A stretch of DNA of 64,000 nt from Fibrobacteria bacterium. GTDB lineage: Bacteria; Fibrobacterota; Chitinivibrionia; Chitinivibrionales; FEN-1185. The notes beneath the pieces were generated by a model. That model worked only from the letters and a program-made list of their open reading frames with translations, did no database searches and was not told the DNA's origin. Shown here piece by piece: positions 1 to 10,395 of this stretch. The stretch's first letter is position 1; every line of letters begins with the position of its first letter. Where the stretch lies: positions 64,001 to 128,000 of the forward strand of contig JBBIGR010000005.1 of NCBI GenBank assembly GCA_037447435.1, in the 5' to 3' direction. A program made the translations under genes and the position numbers.

Positions 1-84
1 ACAGGAACGGTCAGAACCTATTTGTATTATTTTGGTGCCGGCGCTGCACTATTAATGCTCATTGTTTACATTGGAAAGTGGTAG
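1..84 (+). CDS. nuoL: NADH-quinone oxidoreductase subunit L, C-terminal fragment (partial)
   Basis: Frame 1 reads TGTVRTYLYYFGAGAALLMLIVYIGKW*, matching the NuoL terminal TGxVRxY plus final TM helix; stop abuts the nuoM start. Confidence 0.8.
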   Translation, partial: TGTVRTYLYYFGAGAALLMLIVYIGKW

Positions 85-1635
85 ATGCAAATGAACGTAC
101 CCATGCTTTCTATTCTCACCTTTTTGCCGCTCGGGACGTTCGTGCTCCTGCTTCTGACGCCGCAAGGATCGTCGAAACTCCATCGAAATCTTTCCTTATG
201 CGTTTCCCTTTTTGTTTTTTTGATTTCATGCGTGATCCTTAAAGATTTTATTCCGACAAGCATCCCCCAATTCGCCGAACGTTTCCCGCTCATCGACAAA
301 TGGGGAATTTCATATTCGGTTTCCGTCGATGGCATCAGCATATTTCTCGTGATGCTTGTAACGTTTCTTACCCCTATTGTTGTTCTTTGTTCTTATAAGT
401 ACATTACCAAAAACACACGCGAATACTACGGATTGATCCTGTTGCTCGAATTCGGTATGATCGGGACGCTTGTTGCGGCAGATGCGATGTTGTTTTACGT
501 GTTCTGGGAAATAATGCTAGTGCCCATGTTTTTTATCATCGGAATGTGGGGTGGAGAACGACGGGTTTACGCGACAATAAAATTCGTATTGTTTACCCTC
601 GTCGGGTCCCTGCTGTTGTTAATCGGATTGATTTATACTGCATGGAAAGCGTCAAAAGGCGGACATATTTCATTTGCGATCAGCGACATGCACAACGTGG
701 TGCTGTCCACAAAAGAACAGCTCTGGCTTTTCGGTGCATTCTCCCTCGCGTTCGCAATAAAAGTGCCGATGTTTCCTTTACATACCTGGTTGCCCGACGC
801 TCACACGGAAGCCCCGACCGGCGGAAGTGTCATTTTGGCCGGCGTTCTGCTGAAAATGGGCGTATACGGGTTTCTGCGTTTTGTTTTTCCGATCTTGCCA
901 ACCGCGTCCCATCTATTTGCGCCGGTTATGATTATTCTCTCGATCATCGGCATCATTTACGGCGCACTTGTCGCTTTTGTGCAAACCGACATAAAAAAGC
1001 TTGTTGCATATTCATCAGTGAGTCATTTGGGTTACGTCATGCTGGGCCTTTTCGTTTTTTCACTCCAAGGCTTTCAGGGCGGCATGTATCAGATGATCAA
1101 TCATGGACTTTCGACAGGAGCGCTTTTCCTCATTGTAGGAATGTTGTATGAACGTCGCCACACCCGACTCATGAGTGAATTCGGCGGATTGGCAAAAACA
1201 GTCCCTCTACTTGCGATTGTATTCATGGTTTCAATGCTTTCTTCGGTAGGTCTGCCCGGGTTAAACGGATTTATCGGCGAATTCCTCATACTCCTGGCAA
1301 CGTTTGCGGCATCCCCCCTGTATGCCGCTTTTGCCGCCAGCGGTGTAATTCTCGGCGCTGTTTATTTATTCCATTTGTATCAAAAAGTAATGTTCGGCCC
1401 GATAACAAAACAGGAAAATGAAAAATTACCCGACCTTTCTTTTCGCGAAGCAATCATCATGATTCCGATTCTTTTGCTTATGGTTATAATGGGGCTATTC
1501 CCGAACCCGATTCTTAAAAGGACAGAACCGTCGATGCAGAAAATCATTCAACAAGTAAATTTATCGACTATGCAGACTCGCGATTTTTCTGCGGCGCTAC
1601 AACAAGATCAAGGGAGTATCAATCATGACCGCTGA
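85..1635 (+). CDS. nuoM: NADH-quinone oxidoreductase subunit M
   Basis: FYVFWE, AFAIKVPMFPLHTWLPDAHTEAP, LLKMG, AYSSVSH motifs; polytopic membrane protein. Confidence 0.97.
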   Translation: MQMNVPMLSILTFLPLGTFVLLLLTPQGSSKLHRNLSLCVSLFVFLISCVILKDFIPTSIPQFAERFPLIDKWGISYSVSVDGISIFLVMLVTFLTPIVVLCSYKYITKNTREYYGLILLLEFGMIGTLVAADAMLFYVFWEIMLVPMFFIIGMWGGERRVYATIKFVLFTLVGSLLLLIGLIYTAWKASKGGHISFAISDMHNVVLSTKEQLWLFGAFSLAFAIKVPMFPLHTWLPDAHTEAPTGGSVILAGVLLKMGVYGFLRFVFPILPTASHLFAPVMIILSIIGIIYGALVAFVQTDIKKLVAYSSVSHLGYVMLGLFVFSLQGFQGGMYQMINHGLSTGALFLIVGMLYERRHTRLMSEFGGLAKTVPLLAIVFMVSMLSSVGLPGLNGFIGEFLILLATFAASPLYAAFAASGVILGAVYLFHLYQKVMFGPITKQENEKLPDLSFREAIIMIPILLLMVIMGLFPNPILKRTEPSMQKIIQQVNLSTMQTRDFSAALQQDQGSINHDR

Positions 1636-3109
1636 CGTAGCCTTGTTGTTGCCGGTCATTATACCGGCATTAGGTGCAATAATCATTTTCCTTCTTTCGG
1701 CCTTTTTCCCCTCTCGCGCTTTTGCTTTATTTATAACCGTTGCAGCCGTTATTCTCGGAGCTGTTTTCACTCATGGTTGGAATAATTCATATACGCTTTT
1801 TTCCGGGATGTTGCATATAGATTCGTTTGCACAAATCAGTGCATTATTCTGTTTCGCGATTTCCGGTATAGCCGCAATTGCGGCACCCTCATATTTCAAA
1901 AGAATGAATCTGGATTTTGGAGAAGAATATTATGCTTTGCTTTTAGCGGCAACCGCAGGGATGGTAATCATGGTTGCGGCAAACGATCTCATGGTTCTTT
2001 TCATAAATCTCGAGCTTGTCTCAATCACGACCTATATCATGTGCGGTATGAACCGAAACAGCCAAAAATCAACCGAATCCGCCTTGAAATATTTTGTCAC
2101 CGGCGCAGCATCGGCGGCGTTTATGCTTTTCGGCATTGCACTGGTATTCGGTAGTACCGGCTCAACCGATCTGACCGTTATTGCCGCGCAAATCCATTCG
2201 GGCAATTCCGGATTCTCGACACCTTTGTTTCCATTAGCTTTACTTCTCATTGCCATCGGTTTTTTCTTCAAGCTGGGCCTTTTTCCGTTTCATGCGTGGC
2301 TCCCGGATGTTTACGAAGGCGCACCTACCCCTACCACAGGATTCATGGCAGCTGCAATACGGACCGTAGTCGGTATTGTGCTCATTCGACTCATAGTCGA
2401 TCTTTTTGAGCCCGGCATGCCGAGTTTAACTGCAATAGTATGGTGGATCAGCGTCATTTCTATGACAATCGGTAATTTAGGGGCCATTCGTCAAAATAAC
2501 GTCAAGCGAATGCTCGGATATTCGAGCATTGCCCATGCAGGATATTTGCTGATCGGGTTTGTCGCGCTTTCCTCTACACGGCTTTTAGGGGCCGAGGCGA
2601 TTCTTTATTATTTAATTTCCTATTCGTTAATGTCGCTCGGCATTTTTATTTTCGTTGGACAGGTAGAACAAAAAGGCGAATCAGACCTCCAATTCGACAG
2701 CTATCGCGGTCTTGGTTTGCGCCAACCATTTGTCGGCTTGCTCGCATCGATTTTACTTTTATCCTTAACAGGAATTCCGCCGTTCGCAGGGTTCTGGGGA
2801 AAATTCTCCCTATTTTCCGCTGCATTGCATGACGGCTATACGGGTCTTGCCGTCATAGGAGCTCTCAATAGCGTCTTGTCGGCCTATTATTATTTTAGGC
2901 TTATGGTAAATATGTATATGAAAACGCCGGACGCCCGCGAAACGAACTCTTCGTACGTACGGGCGCCCCTTGTCACGACCGGTATGGCTATTTGCAGTGT
3001 TCTCATGATTTGGCTGGGAATTGGTCCGGTTTCTATCGGTAATTTCCTGCCTTCTGTAAACTCCCTCTGGGTATCGATCGGTAACGGCGTTTCCGTTCTC
3101 CTTCATTGA
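1625..3109 (+). CDS. nuoN: NADH-quinone oxidoreductase subunit N
   Basis: ESALKYF, FKLGLFPFHAWLPDVYEGAP, KRMLGYSSIAHAGY, GIPPFAGFWGK; follows nuoM. Confidence 0.96.
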   Translation: MTADVALLLPVIIPALGAIIIFLLSAFFPSRAFALFITVAAVILGAVFTHGWNNSYTLFSGMLHIDSFAQISALFCFAISGIAAIAAPSYFKRMNLDFGEEYYALLLAATAGMVIMVAANDLMVLFINLELVSITTYIMCGMNRNSQKSTESALKYFVTGAASAAFMLFGIALVFGSTGSTDLTVIAAQIHSGNSGFSTPLFPLALLLIAIGFFFKLGLFPFHAWLPDVYEGAPTPTTGFMAAAIRTVVGIVLIRLIVDLFEPGMPSLTAIVWWISVISMTIGNLGAIRQNNVKRMLGYSSIAHAGYLLIGFVALSSTRLLGAEAILYYLISYSLMSLGIFIFVGQVEQKGESDLQFDSYRGLGLRQPFVGLLASILLLSLTGIPPFAGFWGKFSLFSAALHDGYTGLAVIGALNSVLSAYYYFRLMVNMYMKTPDARETNSSYVRAPLVTTGMAICSVLMIWLGIGPVSIGNFLPSVNSLWVSIGNGVSVLLH

Positions 3110-3121
3110 CAAACTGCGAAG

Positions 3122-3931
3122 TTATTTTTGCACCGTAACCTTTGCATCCTCGATCATTAACGCAAACTTATATCCCGCTCCGATGTCCTTGTCTTTGGAA
3201 AGCGTACCTTCGGCAACTACGATTTGACCGACAATAGGATTGTCTTTGGTTGTTACAATAATATCGTTGGCACCTTCGTTACCCGTTCCATCGCGAAGAT
3301 GCAACCAGTTTTTATTCATGATATTGTCGTTCGCATGGACTATAACGCCGCATAAAACGACCTTTTTTCCCTTTAATGTTTCCTTTTGCGCAAAAAGCTC
3401 GGCTACGGAATTGCCATTCGGCACTTTCTTTATTTTTGTGAAATCCGCTTTGACTCCTGGATCCATTTGGGGCGTATGTCCCATTGCACCTTGCAACGAA
3501 ATCTGTTCCATCGGTGACGCCGCGGGTTTCATCGCGCACGCCTTATAGGAAGAATTTGCGTCGCCTTTTTTCACGATTCCGCCCGCGAAATAAACCAAGT
3601 CGAATGTTCTGTTCAGTGTTTTGCTATGATAATCCTTCATGGGCATTACATCCATGACATCAATTGTATCGCCGATTGTCAATTTGGATTGCGGAGAAGC
3701 AACCCACACGTTGGCATCGGAGGTTTTTACGAACACATACGTATATCCTGCCGTATTAATCGTATCGAGAACCACTCCAGTTAATGACACCTGCTTTGAA
3801 GCCATACCGGTGTTTGCCGGGCATACGGACGAGCTTTTCCCGTCTCCCATTTTGTTCGACGCGGGTCTATTGGAATTACAGGAATTAATTAAGAAAGCAC
3901 ATCCTAAAAAAAGCACGCAAAACATCTTCAT
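3122..3931 (-). CDS. Putative lipoprotein with two OB-fold-like domains (NrfJ-like N-domain)
   Basis: ATG at 3931 with AGGAG RBS; signal peptide ending FLINSC; AGYTYV...VWVA and IMNKNWLHLRDG...DIGAGYKF blocks. Confidence 0.6.
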   Translation of the reverse strand: MKMFCVLFLGCAFLINSCNSNRPASNKMGDGKSSSVCPANTGMASKQVSLTGVVLDTINTAGYTYVFVKTSDANVWVASPQSKLTIGDTIDVMDVMPMKDYHSKTLNRTFDLVYFAGGIVKKGDANSSYKACAMKPAASPMEQISLQGAMGHTPQMDPGVKADFTKIKKVPNGNSVAELFAQKETLKGKKVVLCGVIVHANDNIMNKNWLHLRDGTGNEGANDIIVTTKDNPIVGQIVVAEGTLSKDKDIGAGYKFALMIEDAKVTVQK

Positions 3932-4470
3932 GAAACAACTCCTTTTTTTCGGGAATACGAGCATGATTAAATCGCAAAAAGCATATTTTCCAAAAAACCA
4001 TCCAAAATTGGTCTACAATACAATAACCTGTAACCGCTTCAATATAATTCGATTTAAAATTCACAATTGACATAAGTATTTATTATTTCTGCTTTATAAC
4101 AAAACCCGCACCAACAGTACTCGGACAAATACGTTGCTAACCCTGTCATTATTGCTTCGATGGACAAGGTGCAACCGGATTTTTTTGTCCCGAGCAGTTA
4201 ATCCAACATGGTGACAAAACCCCTTCCGCACAGATTGAAATTCATCCTTGGGGCAGATGAAAACCGGTCTCATAATCGATGTGATTTCTCTCTATTTCCC
4301 GAAATATCCATTGTTTGATGCGAGACGTATATTTTAATTTGTACCGCCTCACTGCCGAGCATTACGAAAGGAAAGACGGCGTGCCGATCTATATTCAATA
4401 GCGATTATATCCGAACTCTCGGTTTCCTGCATAGCAATTTTACAAGCACATTTTTACTCAAGGATATCAC

Positions 4471-5502
4471 ATGTCAAGATCAGACAGGTTTTTAAACGCA
4501 TGCCGTCGCCAAGAGGTTGATTGCACTCCCGTGTGGATGATGCGTCAGGCCGGAAGATATCTTCCCGAATATCGGGAAATCCGGAAAAATCACGGTTTTT
4601 TGGAAATGTGCAAAACTCCCGAGCTTGCGGCAGAGGTTACGATTCAACCGATCCGCCGGTTCGATATCGACGCAGCAATAATTTTTGCGGATATCCTGCT
4701 TCCTCTTGAGCCCATGGGAATCGATTTGGAATTTGCAAAAGGAGAAGGACCCATTATCCATAATCCCATCCGGTCGAGAAGCGATGTCACAAAATTGAAG
4801 CCGATCGACACCAAGACGTCTATACGCTACCTTTTAGATGCGATCAAAATTGTTCAGAACGAATTACAAGGCAAAGTGCCGCTTATCGGCTTTTCGGGAG
4901 CTCCATTTACTCTTGCAAGTTATATTATCGAAGCTGGCGGTTCAAAAGAATATGTTAACACAAAGACCATGATGTTTGGCGATCCCGCAACCTGGCATAA
5001 GCTCATGGAACATCTTACCGGCGTTATCATCGATTACTTAAATGCTCAAATAGATACCGGCGTTAATGCCGTGCAACTTTTCGATAGTTGGGTTGGAACG
5101 CTGAGCACCGCCGATTACCGGGAATTCGTGTTGCCGCATCAAAAAAACGTAATAGCAGGAATCAAGAAAACCGTACCGCTCATACATTTCGCCTTTGGCG
5201 CCTCGCATCTGATTGAACTCGTCTCTGAAGCTGGAGGAGATGTGATCGGTCTTGACTGGCGATGCGATATTGCAACGGCATGGAAACGGGTCGGATACGA
5301 CAAGGCGGTACAAGGAAATCTCGACCCCATCTCTTTGTTTACGCAAGAGGATACAATCAAGCGACGCGTTAAGGACATCCTAGCATTAGCGGAAAACAGA
5401 AACGGTCATATCATGAACCTCGGCCATGGGATATTAAAGGAAACCCCCATAGAGAATGCCGAGGCATTTATCAACGCCGTCCACGAATTCAGCAAACGGT
5501 AA
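4471..5502 (+). CDS. hemE: Uroporphyrinogen decarboxylase
   Basis: PVWMMRQAGRYLPEY, IGFSGAPFTLASY, QGNLDP, NLGHGI. Confidence 0.98.
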   Translation: MSRSDRFLNACRRQEVDCTPVWMMRQAGRYLPEYREIRKNHGFLEMCKTPELAAEVTIQPIRRFDIDAAIIFADILLPLEPMGIDLEFAKGEGPIIHNPIRSRSDVTKLKPIDTKTSIRYLLDAIKIVQNELQGKVPLIGFSGAPFTLASYIIEAGGSKEYVNTKTMMFGDPATWHKLMEHLTGVIIDYLNAQIDTGVNAVQLFDSWVGTLSTADYREFVLPHQKNVIAGIKKTVPLIHFAFGASHLIELVSEAGGDVIGLDWRCDIATAWKRVGYDKAVQGNLDPISLFTQEDTIKRRVKDILALAENRNGHIMNLGHGILKETPIENAEAFINAVHEFSKR

Positions 5503-5521
5503 TTTTAAAAAGGCATTTTTC

Positions 5522-6427
5522 ATGACCCAACATATTGGCGTAATCCTCGTCGCACTCGGCGGCCCGCATTCACTCGATGATGTCGGGCCTTTTATGACTG
5601 CTTTTATGGGAAAACCGGCGCCGTTGCCTGTCGTAGCAGCCGTGCAAGAACGCTATAAATTGATAGGCGGTAAATCGCCTTTGGTAGAAATTGTTAAATG
5701 CCAGGCACACGCGTTGGAAAACAAACTCGGACCGCATTTCCGGGTCTACGCCGGTTTCAGACATTCCAACCCGACCATTGCAGAGGCATATGAATCGGCC
5801 TTAAAAAACGCAGCCGATACGGTTGTCGCAATGTCTCTTTCTCCCTATGAAACAATCATCACAACCGGATCATATAAAAAAGCATTTGACGAATTGCACA
5901 TCCCAGAAAACAGATTCACGTTTATTCCCAGTTTCCATGACAACCCGTCCTTTTTGCAGGCCTGGCAAGATTCCATCGATCAAGTCACTTCGGAATTCGA
6001 AAGATCCAATTCCGTATTCATTTTTACGAGCCATAGTCTTCCCATGCACCTCATCGATAGCGGAGACCCATATAAAAATCAAGTTGAAGAAACGGTTGCT
6101 GCAATATCCTCAAAATTATCTCTGAAACATTGGGTAGTCGGCTGGCAAAGCAAGGGAGCCCGATCCACAGAACCGTGGTTGGAACCTTCCGTTGAATCAA
6201 TTTTAGAATCCATCGCAAAAAGCGGAACAAAACCAAAACAGGTTGTCGAGATCCCAATCGGATTTACCTGCGATCATTTGGAAACCCTTTACGACATCGA
6301 TATTGTTCATAAGGGAATTGCCGATTCATTGGGACTTTCATTCAAACGCGTTGCTTCTTTAAACACAAATCCGGCTTTCATCAATGCACTTGCCGACATT
6401 ATTAATAAGCAAACATCTTCGATTTGA
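5522..6427 (+). CDS. hemH: Ferrochelatase (HemH/CpfC family)
   Basis: RYKLIGGKSPL, FTSHSLP, GDPY, WLEP, GFTCDHLETLYDID; probable ATG at 5522. Confidence 0.95.
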   Translation: MTQHIGVILVALGGPHSLDDVGPFMTAFMGKPAPLPVVAAVQERYKLIGGKSPLVEIVKCQAHALENKLGPHFRVYAGFRHSNPTIAEAYESALKNAADTVVAMSLSPYETIITTGSYKKAFDELHIPENRFTFIPSFHDNPSFLQAWQDSIDQVTSEFERSNSVFIFTSHSLPMHLIDSGDPYKNQVEETVAAISSKLSLKHWVVGWQSKGARSTEPWLEPSVESILESIAKSGTKPKQVVEIPIGFTCDHLETLYDIDIVHKGIADSLGLSFKRVASLNTNPAFINALADIINKQTSSI

Positions 6428-6448
6428 TGAACTTTTAGGAGACCTTTC

Positions 6449-7879
6449 ATGAAAAAAATTGTTATAATCGGTGGAGGAATTTCAGGCCTTGCAGCAGCGG
6501 TTCGTGCAAAAGCAAAATCGCTAGAAAACAAACAAGATGTTGAAATTCAGCTTTTGGAAAAAAGCGATTATGTAGGCGGAAAGATTGTCACCGAGCATGT
6601 CGAAGATTTTCTTATTGAAGGTGGTCCGGATTGTTTCTTACCCGAGAAATATTGGACTGTTGACCTTGCCCGTTTTTTAAAGCTCGAAAACGAAATGATT
6701 CCAACGAACGATAAATTCAAGGGCACCTTCATTTACTCGCGCAAAAAACTTCATCCGCTGCCCGAAGGAGTCATGCTTATGGTGCCAACGATGATTATGC
6801 CTCTTGCAAAGGCGTCACTCATTTCATGGCCCGGGAAAATCCGGATGGGGATGGAATTATTCATTCCGAAACGGAAGGATCCTGCCGATGAAAACCTTGC
6901 TAGTTTCGTGACCCGCCGCCTCGGCAAAGAATGCCTGGACAAAATTGCCGAACCCCTTGTTGCCGGAATACATACTTCTAACCCAGATAATATGAGTGTG
7001 CTTGCAACGTTTCCCCGTTTTGTCGAACTTGAACAAAATTACGGTAGTATGATACGGGGAATGGTCGCAGCTATAAAAAATCGTCCGCTTCCGAGCCTGA
7101 GTCCCAGTAAAAAAGCAGCCAAAACCAAAATGACATATTTCATGAGTTTCCGAAATGGAATGGCTGAATTGCCTGACGCATGCGAACAATTCATCGGCAA
7201 TAGCATCATTCGAAAAAAAGCGTCAGTGGTTTCGATAGACAAATCAGGCAAAGGCTATACTGTCCATTTGTCGAACGGTGATTCGATATATGCCGACAGC
7301 GTTATTTCCGCAGCCCCCTCATTCGACACTGCACCGTTGCTTAAAGACATAGACAAGGAATTGACAATTCAGCTTAAAAAAATAGAGTGGTCGTCGTCTG
7401 CAACCATTTCATTGGCATTTAGCCGGAAAGACATTAAAGCGCCGCTAAAAGGGTTTGGCTTCATTGTCCCCAAACTTGAAAAACGACGAGTCAATGCCGC
7501 TACGTATAGTTCGATCAAATTTTCGAACCGCGCACCCGACGACATGCTTTTGTTACGGGTGTTTCTCGGCGGAGGAAATAGAGAGGATTTAGTTTCATCC
7601 CTGGATGACGACGGAATGCGTAAAATGGCGCTGGAAGAAATCGATACCATTGCAAAGATTAAGGCGGAGCCTAAACTTACGAGAATTTTCCGTTGGTTCG
7701 ACGGCATGCCAAAATATACCGTCGGACATCTTGACCGAATGGCGGAAATCGACAATTCGACACGTAAACATGCGGGGCTTTTCCTAACCGGCAGTTCCTA
7801 TAGAGGTATCGGCATAGGAGATTGCATCAACCGGGCCCAAATTGCCGCAGATAATGCTTTGCTATATTTAAATTCATGA
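6449..7879 (+). CDS. hemY: HemY-type protoporphyrinogen/coproporphyrinogen oxidase
   Basis: IIGGGISGL FAD motif, EGGPDCF, GFGFIVP, MPKYTVGH, GIGIGDCI. Confidence 0.94.
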   Translation: MKKIVIIGGGISGLAAAVRAKAKSLENKQDVEIQLLEKSDYVGGKIVTEHVEDFLIEGGPDCFLPEKYWTVDLARFLKLENEMIPTNDKFKGTFIYSRKKLHPLPEGVMLMVPTMIMPLAKASLISWPGKIRMGMELFIPKRKDPADENLASFVTRRLGKECLDKIAEPLVAGIHTSNPDNMSVLATFPRFVELEQNYGSMIRGMVAAIKNRPLPSLSPSKKAAKTKMTYFMSFRNGMAELPDACEQFIGNSIIRKKASVVSIDKSGKGYTVHLSNGDSIYADSVISAAPSFDTAPLLKDIDKELTIQLKKIEWSSSATISLAFSRKDIKAPLKGFGFIVPKLEKRRVNAATYSSIKFSNRAPDDMLLLRVFLGGGNREDLVSSLDDDGMRKMALEEIDTIAKIKAEPKLTRIFRWFDGMPKYTVGHLDRMAEIDNSTRKHAGLFLTGSSYRGIGIGDCINRAQIAADNALLYLNS

Positions 7880-7909
7880 AATTATTGAACAACAAAGCAA
7901 CCTGACCTA

Positions 7910-9418
7910 ATGAGAGAGAGTTCGAACATGATTAAAGAAAGTCAGGACTTGTATTGTACCGATCTGGCAAGCAAGCCAAATCCGGCATTGGGCAAAATAC
8001 TTGTTACCGGTGCAACCGGATACATCGGCGGCAGACTTGTTCCGGAATTGCTTGCGCGCGGTTACAAATTGCGTGTTATGGTTAGAACCGCATCACCGGA
8101 CCTTGAGACCCAATGGCCCGGAGTTGAAGTCGTGGTTGCAGATGCCCTTGATTCCGACACATTATGCAATGCCATGAGGGATGTTCATACAGCCTATTAT
8201 CTCATCCACTCCCTGTTGCTTGGGCCGCAACAATTTGAAACAGCCGATATTCAAGCAGCAATTAATTTCCGAAAAGCAGCGGAAACAATGCAAGTGAGCA
8301 GAATCATTTATCTCGGCGGTCTCGGAGATAATCGTTCTTCCCTCTCTCCGCACTTACGAAGCAGAATACAAGTCGCCCAAGAATTACAAAACGGTTCCAT
8401 CCCCGTAACCATTCTTAGGGCGGCAATCATAATAGGTTCCGGAAGCGCTTCGTATGAGATCCTTGAAAATCTCATTCGAAATGTTCCCGTCCTTCCAATT
8501 CCCGTTTGGGCCCGGACCCGCTGTCAACCGATTGCAGTTCGCGACGTTATCAAGTACCTCGTCGGATCGCTTGAGGAACCGCAAACAATCGGTAAATCGT
8601 ACGATATTGGCGGAAAAGAAATCCTTTCTTATGAATTGATGTTGAAAACTCTCGCAAAAGTCCTTGGTAAAAACCGGTTATTTATGCCTGTCCCTTTTTC
8701 CAATATCAAGATTTTCTCCTATTTAGTTAGTCTGGTCACCCCTGTTCCCCATCATATCACTCTTTGTCTTATGGAGAGCAGCTTTAACGAGGTAATCTGT
8801 AAAAACAATGAAATCAGGGAACTCATTCCGTTTCAGACCTTAGCTTTTCGCGAAGCACTTGTACGGGCTCTTAGCCGGGAAGAACAGGACAGAGTCAGTA
8901 CGCGATGGTCCGATGCCTATCCCCCGGCGCATGAATTGTCAATTAAACTTGCCGAGCTCAGTCCGGAACCTAACTTTACAACAGTATACTCATTGCTTAG
9001 CAATAAAAAGGCCTCAAACTTGTATAAATCGATTTGCATGATCGGCGGGAAGGAGGGTTGGTTTAACAGCAATTGGATGTGGAAACTTCGTGGAAACGTC
9101 GATCGTTTATTGCTTGGGGTCGGAACATCCCGAGGAAGAAGAAGCCGGTCGAGCCTAAGAATCAATGATGTCATCGATTTCTGGCGAGTGGAAGATCTTC
9201 GGCAAAACAAAATGTTATTGCTGCGGGCAGAAATGAAATTGCCCGGTAAAGCGTGGCTCCAATTCGACATTTCGCCGCAAGGAGCCATGAACCGGTTGTC
9301 GGTAAAGGCTTTTTATCAAACGCATTCGTTTTTGGGAAAGGCGTATTGGTATTTTTTCCTTCCCTTCCATCACTTCATTTTCCGCGATCTCATTGCGCAA
9401 ATCGAGAAAATCAGTTGA
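7910..9418 (+). CDS. Atypical SDR / NAD(P)-binding protein with C-terminal DUF2867-like domain (YbjT-like)
   Basis: LVTGATGYIGG, YYLIHS, IIIGSGSASYE, DFWRVE, LRAEMKLPGKAWL. Confidence 0.88.
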   Translation: MRESSNMIKESQDLYCTDLASKPNPALGKILVTGATGYIGGRLVPELLARGYKLRVMVRTASPDLETQWPGVEVVVADALDSDTLCNAMRDVHTAYYLIHSLLLGPQQFETADIQAAINFRKAAETMQVSRIIYLGGLGDNRSSLSPHLRSRIQVAQELQNGSIPVTILRAAIIIGSGSASYEILENLIRNVPVLPIPVWARTRCQPIAVRDVIKYLVGSLEEPQTIGKSYDIGGKEILSYELMLKTLAKVLGKNRLFMPVPFSNIKIFSYLVSLVTPVPHHITLCLMESSFNEVICKNNEIRELIPFQTLAFREALVRALSREEQDRVSTRWSDAYPPAHELSIKLAELSPEPNFTTVYSLLSNKKASNLYKSICMIGGKEGWFNSNWMWKLRGNVDRLLLGVGTSRGRRSRSSLRINDVIDFWRVEDLRQNKMLLLRAEMKLPGKAWLQFDISPQGAMNRLSVKAFYQTHSFLGKAYWYFFLPFHHFIFRDLIAQIEKIS

Positions 9419-9444
9419 TTTCAATTTTAAACTGCCTGCTATTT

Positions 9445-10303
9445 TCACAATTCGCTTTTTACCGACAAACAACTAGACAATAGTAATACTGCCGTTCCAC
9501 AAATGGCTAAAACGGGGAACGGTTCATGAAACAATAACGCGCCTACGCCGATGTTAAGCAGCGGCGCAAGTAACGTAATTACCGAGCCCGACGAAACGGA
9601 GACATAGCGATACCCTTCCGTCATGGTTAATTGACCTATTGCAGCAAGCAGTCCTATCGAAATAAGAAGCAAACAACCAAAATAGCCGCAATTGTGGGTA
9701 CACGCGGTTGCCGGTATTACCGTAATCCAGAATCCGATCAAACATTGGCTGAAAAAAATCGACTCCGTCGAATCCGTATCCTGTAATTTCTTAACAAGTA
9801 CAACCGTAAGCCCGCCAAGCATTGCGCCAGCCAGTGCAAAAGCGTCCCAAAACCCGAATGCAAATGAAACGCCTCCGGTTCCGGTTGCGATAACCACCAA
9901 AACCATCCCGCAGCTGGCACCAAAAAGGCCGAGTGCCTTGGGCATACTGACCCGCTCTTTAAGAAATACAGACGAGAATAATGTTGCGAAAATCGGATAA
10001 GTGTACCCGATTAAGGACGATTTTATCAAACCCAATTTTGCAATCGACATAAAACACATCCAAACGGCAATTCCGCCGAAGAGGCCCCGAAGCAAAAGCC
10101 CTTTTTTATTAACAAAAGACAATCTCACCCTACCTGTCATAGCTAAAAAGCCTATTACTCCCAACCCGACAATAAATCTGAACAATGTGGTCGTTTGCGA
10201 GTTAATTTCGTGAGCGTACCTAATAAGGCAGACCATACCGCAAAATGCCCGCATTTGAACCGATCATCATCACAGTACCTTTTACCGCGTTCGAATTGCT
10301 CAT
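9445..10303 (-). pseudogene. EamA/DMT family transporter, frameshifted near the 5' end (or sequencing error)
   Basis: MSNSNAVKGTVMMIGSNA from ATG 10303 joins AFCGMVCLIRYA... if one G is removed at about 10250; EamA hallmarks FRFIVG, LLLRGLFG, YTYPIF, LKERV, FHE. Confidence 0.75.
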
Positions 10304-10328
10304 ACGATTCCAATCATTTTTACTCAAT

Positions 10329-10366
10329 AAAAAAGCCCGCTGTAGGTTTATCCTGCAGCGGGCTTT
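10329..10366 (-). terminator. Intrinsic terminator (candidate attenuator) in the EamA 5' leader
   Basis: Minus strand AAAGCCCGCTGCAGG-ATAAA-CCTACAGCGGGC followed by TTTTTT, upstream of the EamA start. Confidence 0.8.
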
Positions 10367-10395
10367 GACTTATCGGTAAATAGTAATTTAAATTA

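Noticed and set aside
546..1151. 201-aa alternative-frame ORF in nuoM, and similar shadow ORFs (e.g. 40372-40914, 56049-56672)
   Set aside because: Fully nested in well-supported genes with no motifs of their own
4094..4273. 59-aa minus-strand ORF (MRPVFICPKDEF...GFCHHV...) between the lipoprotein gene and hemE
   Set aside because: Weak RBS, no recognisable family, only partial resemblance to a metal-binding motif
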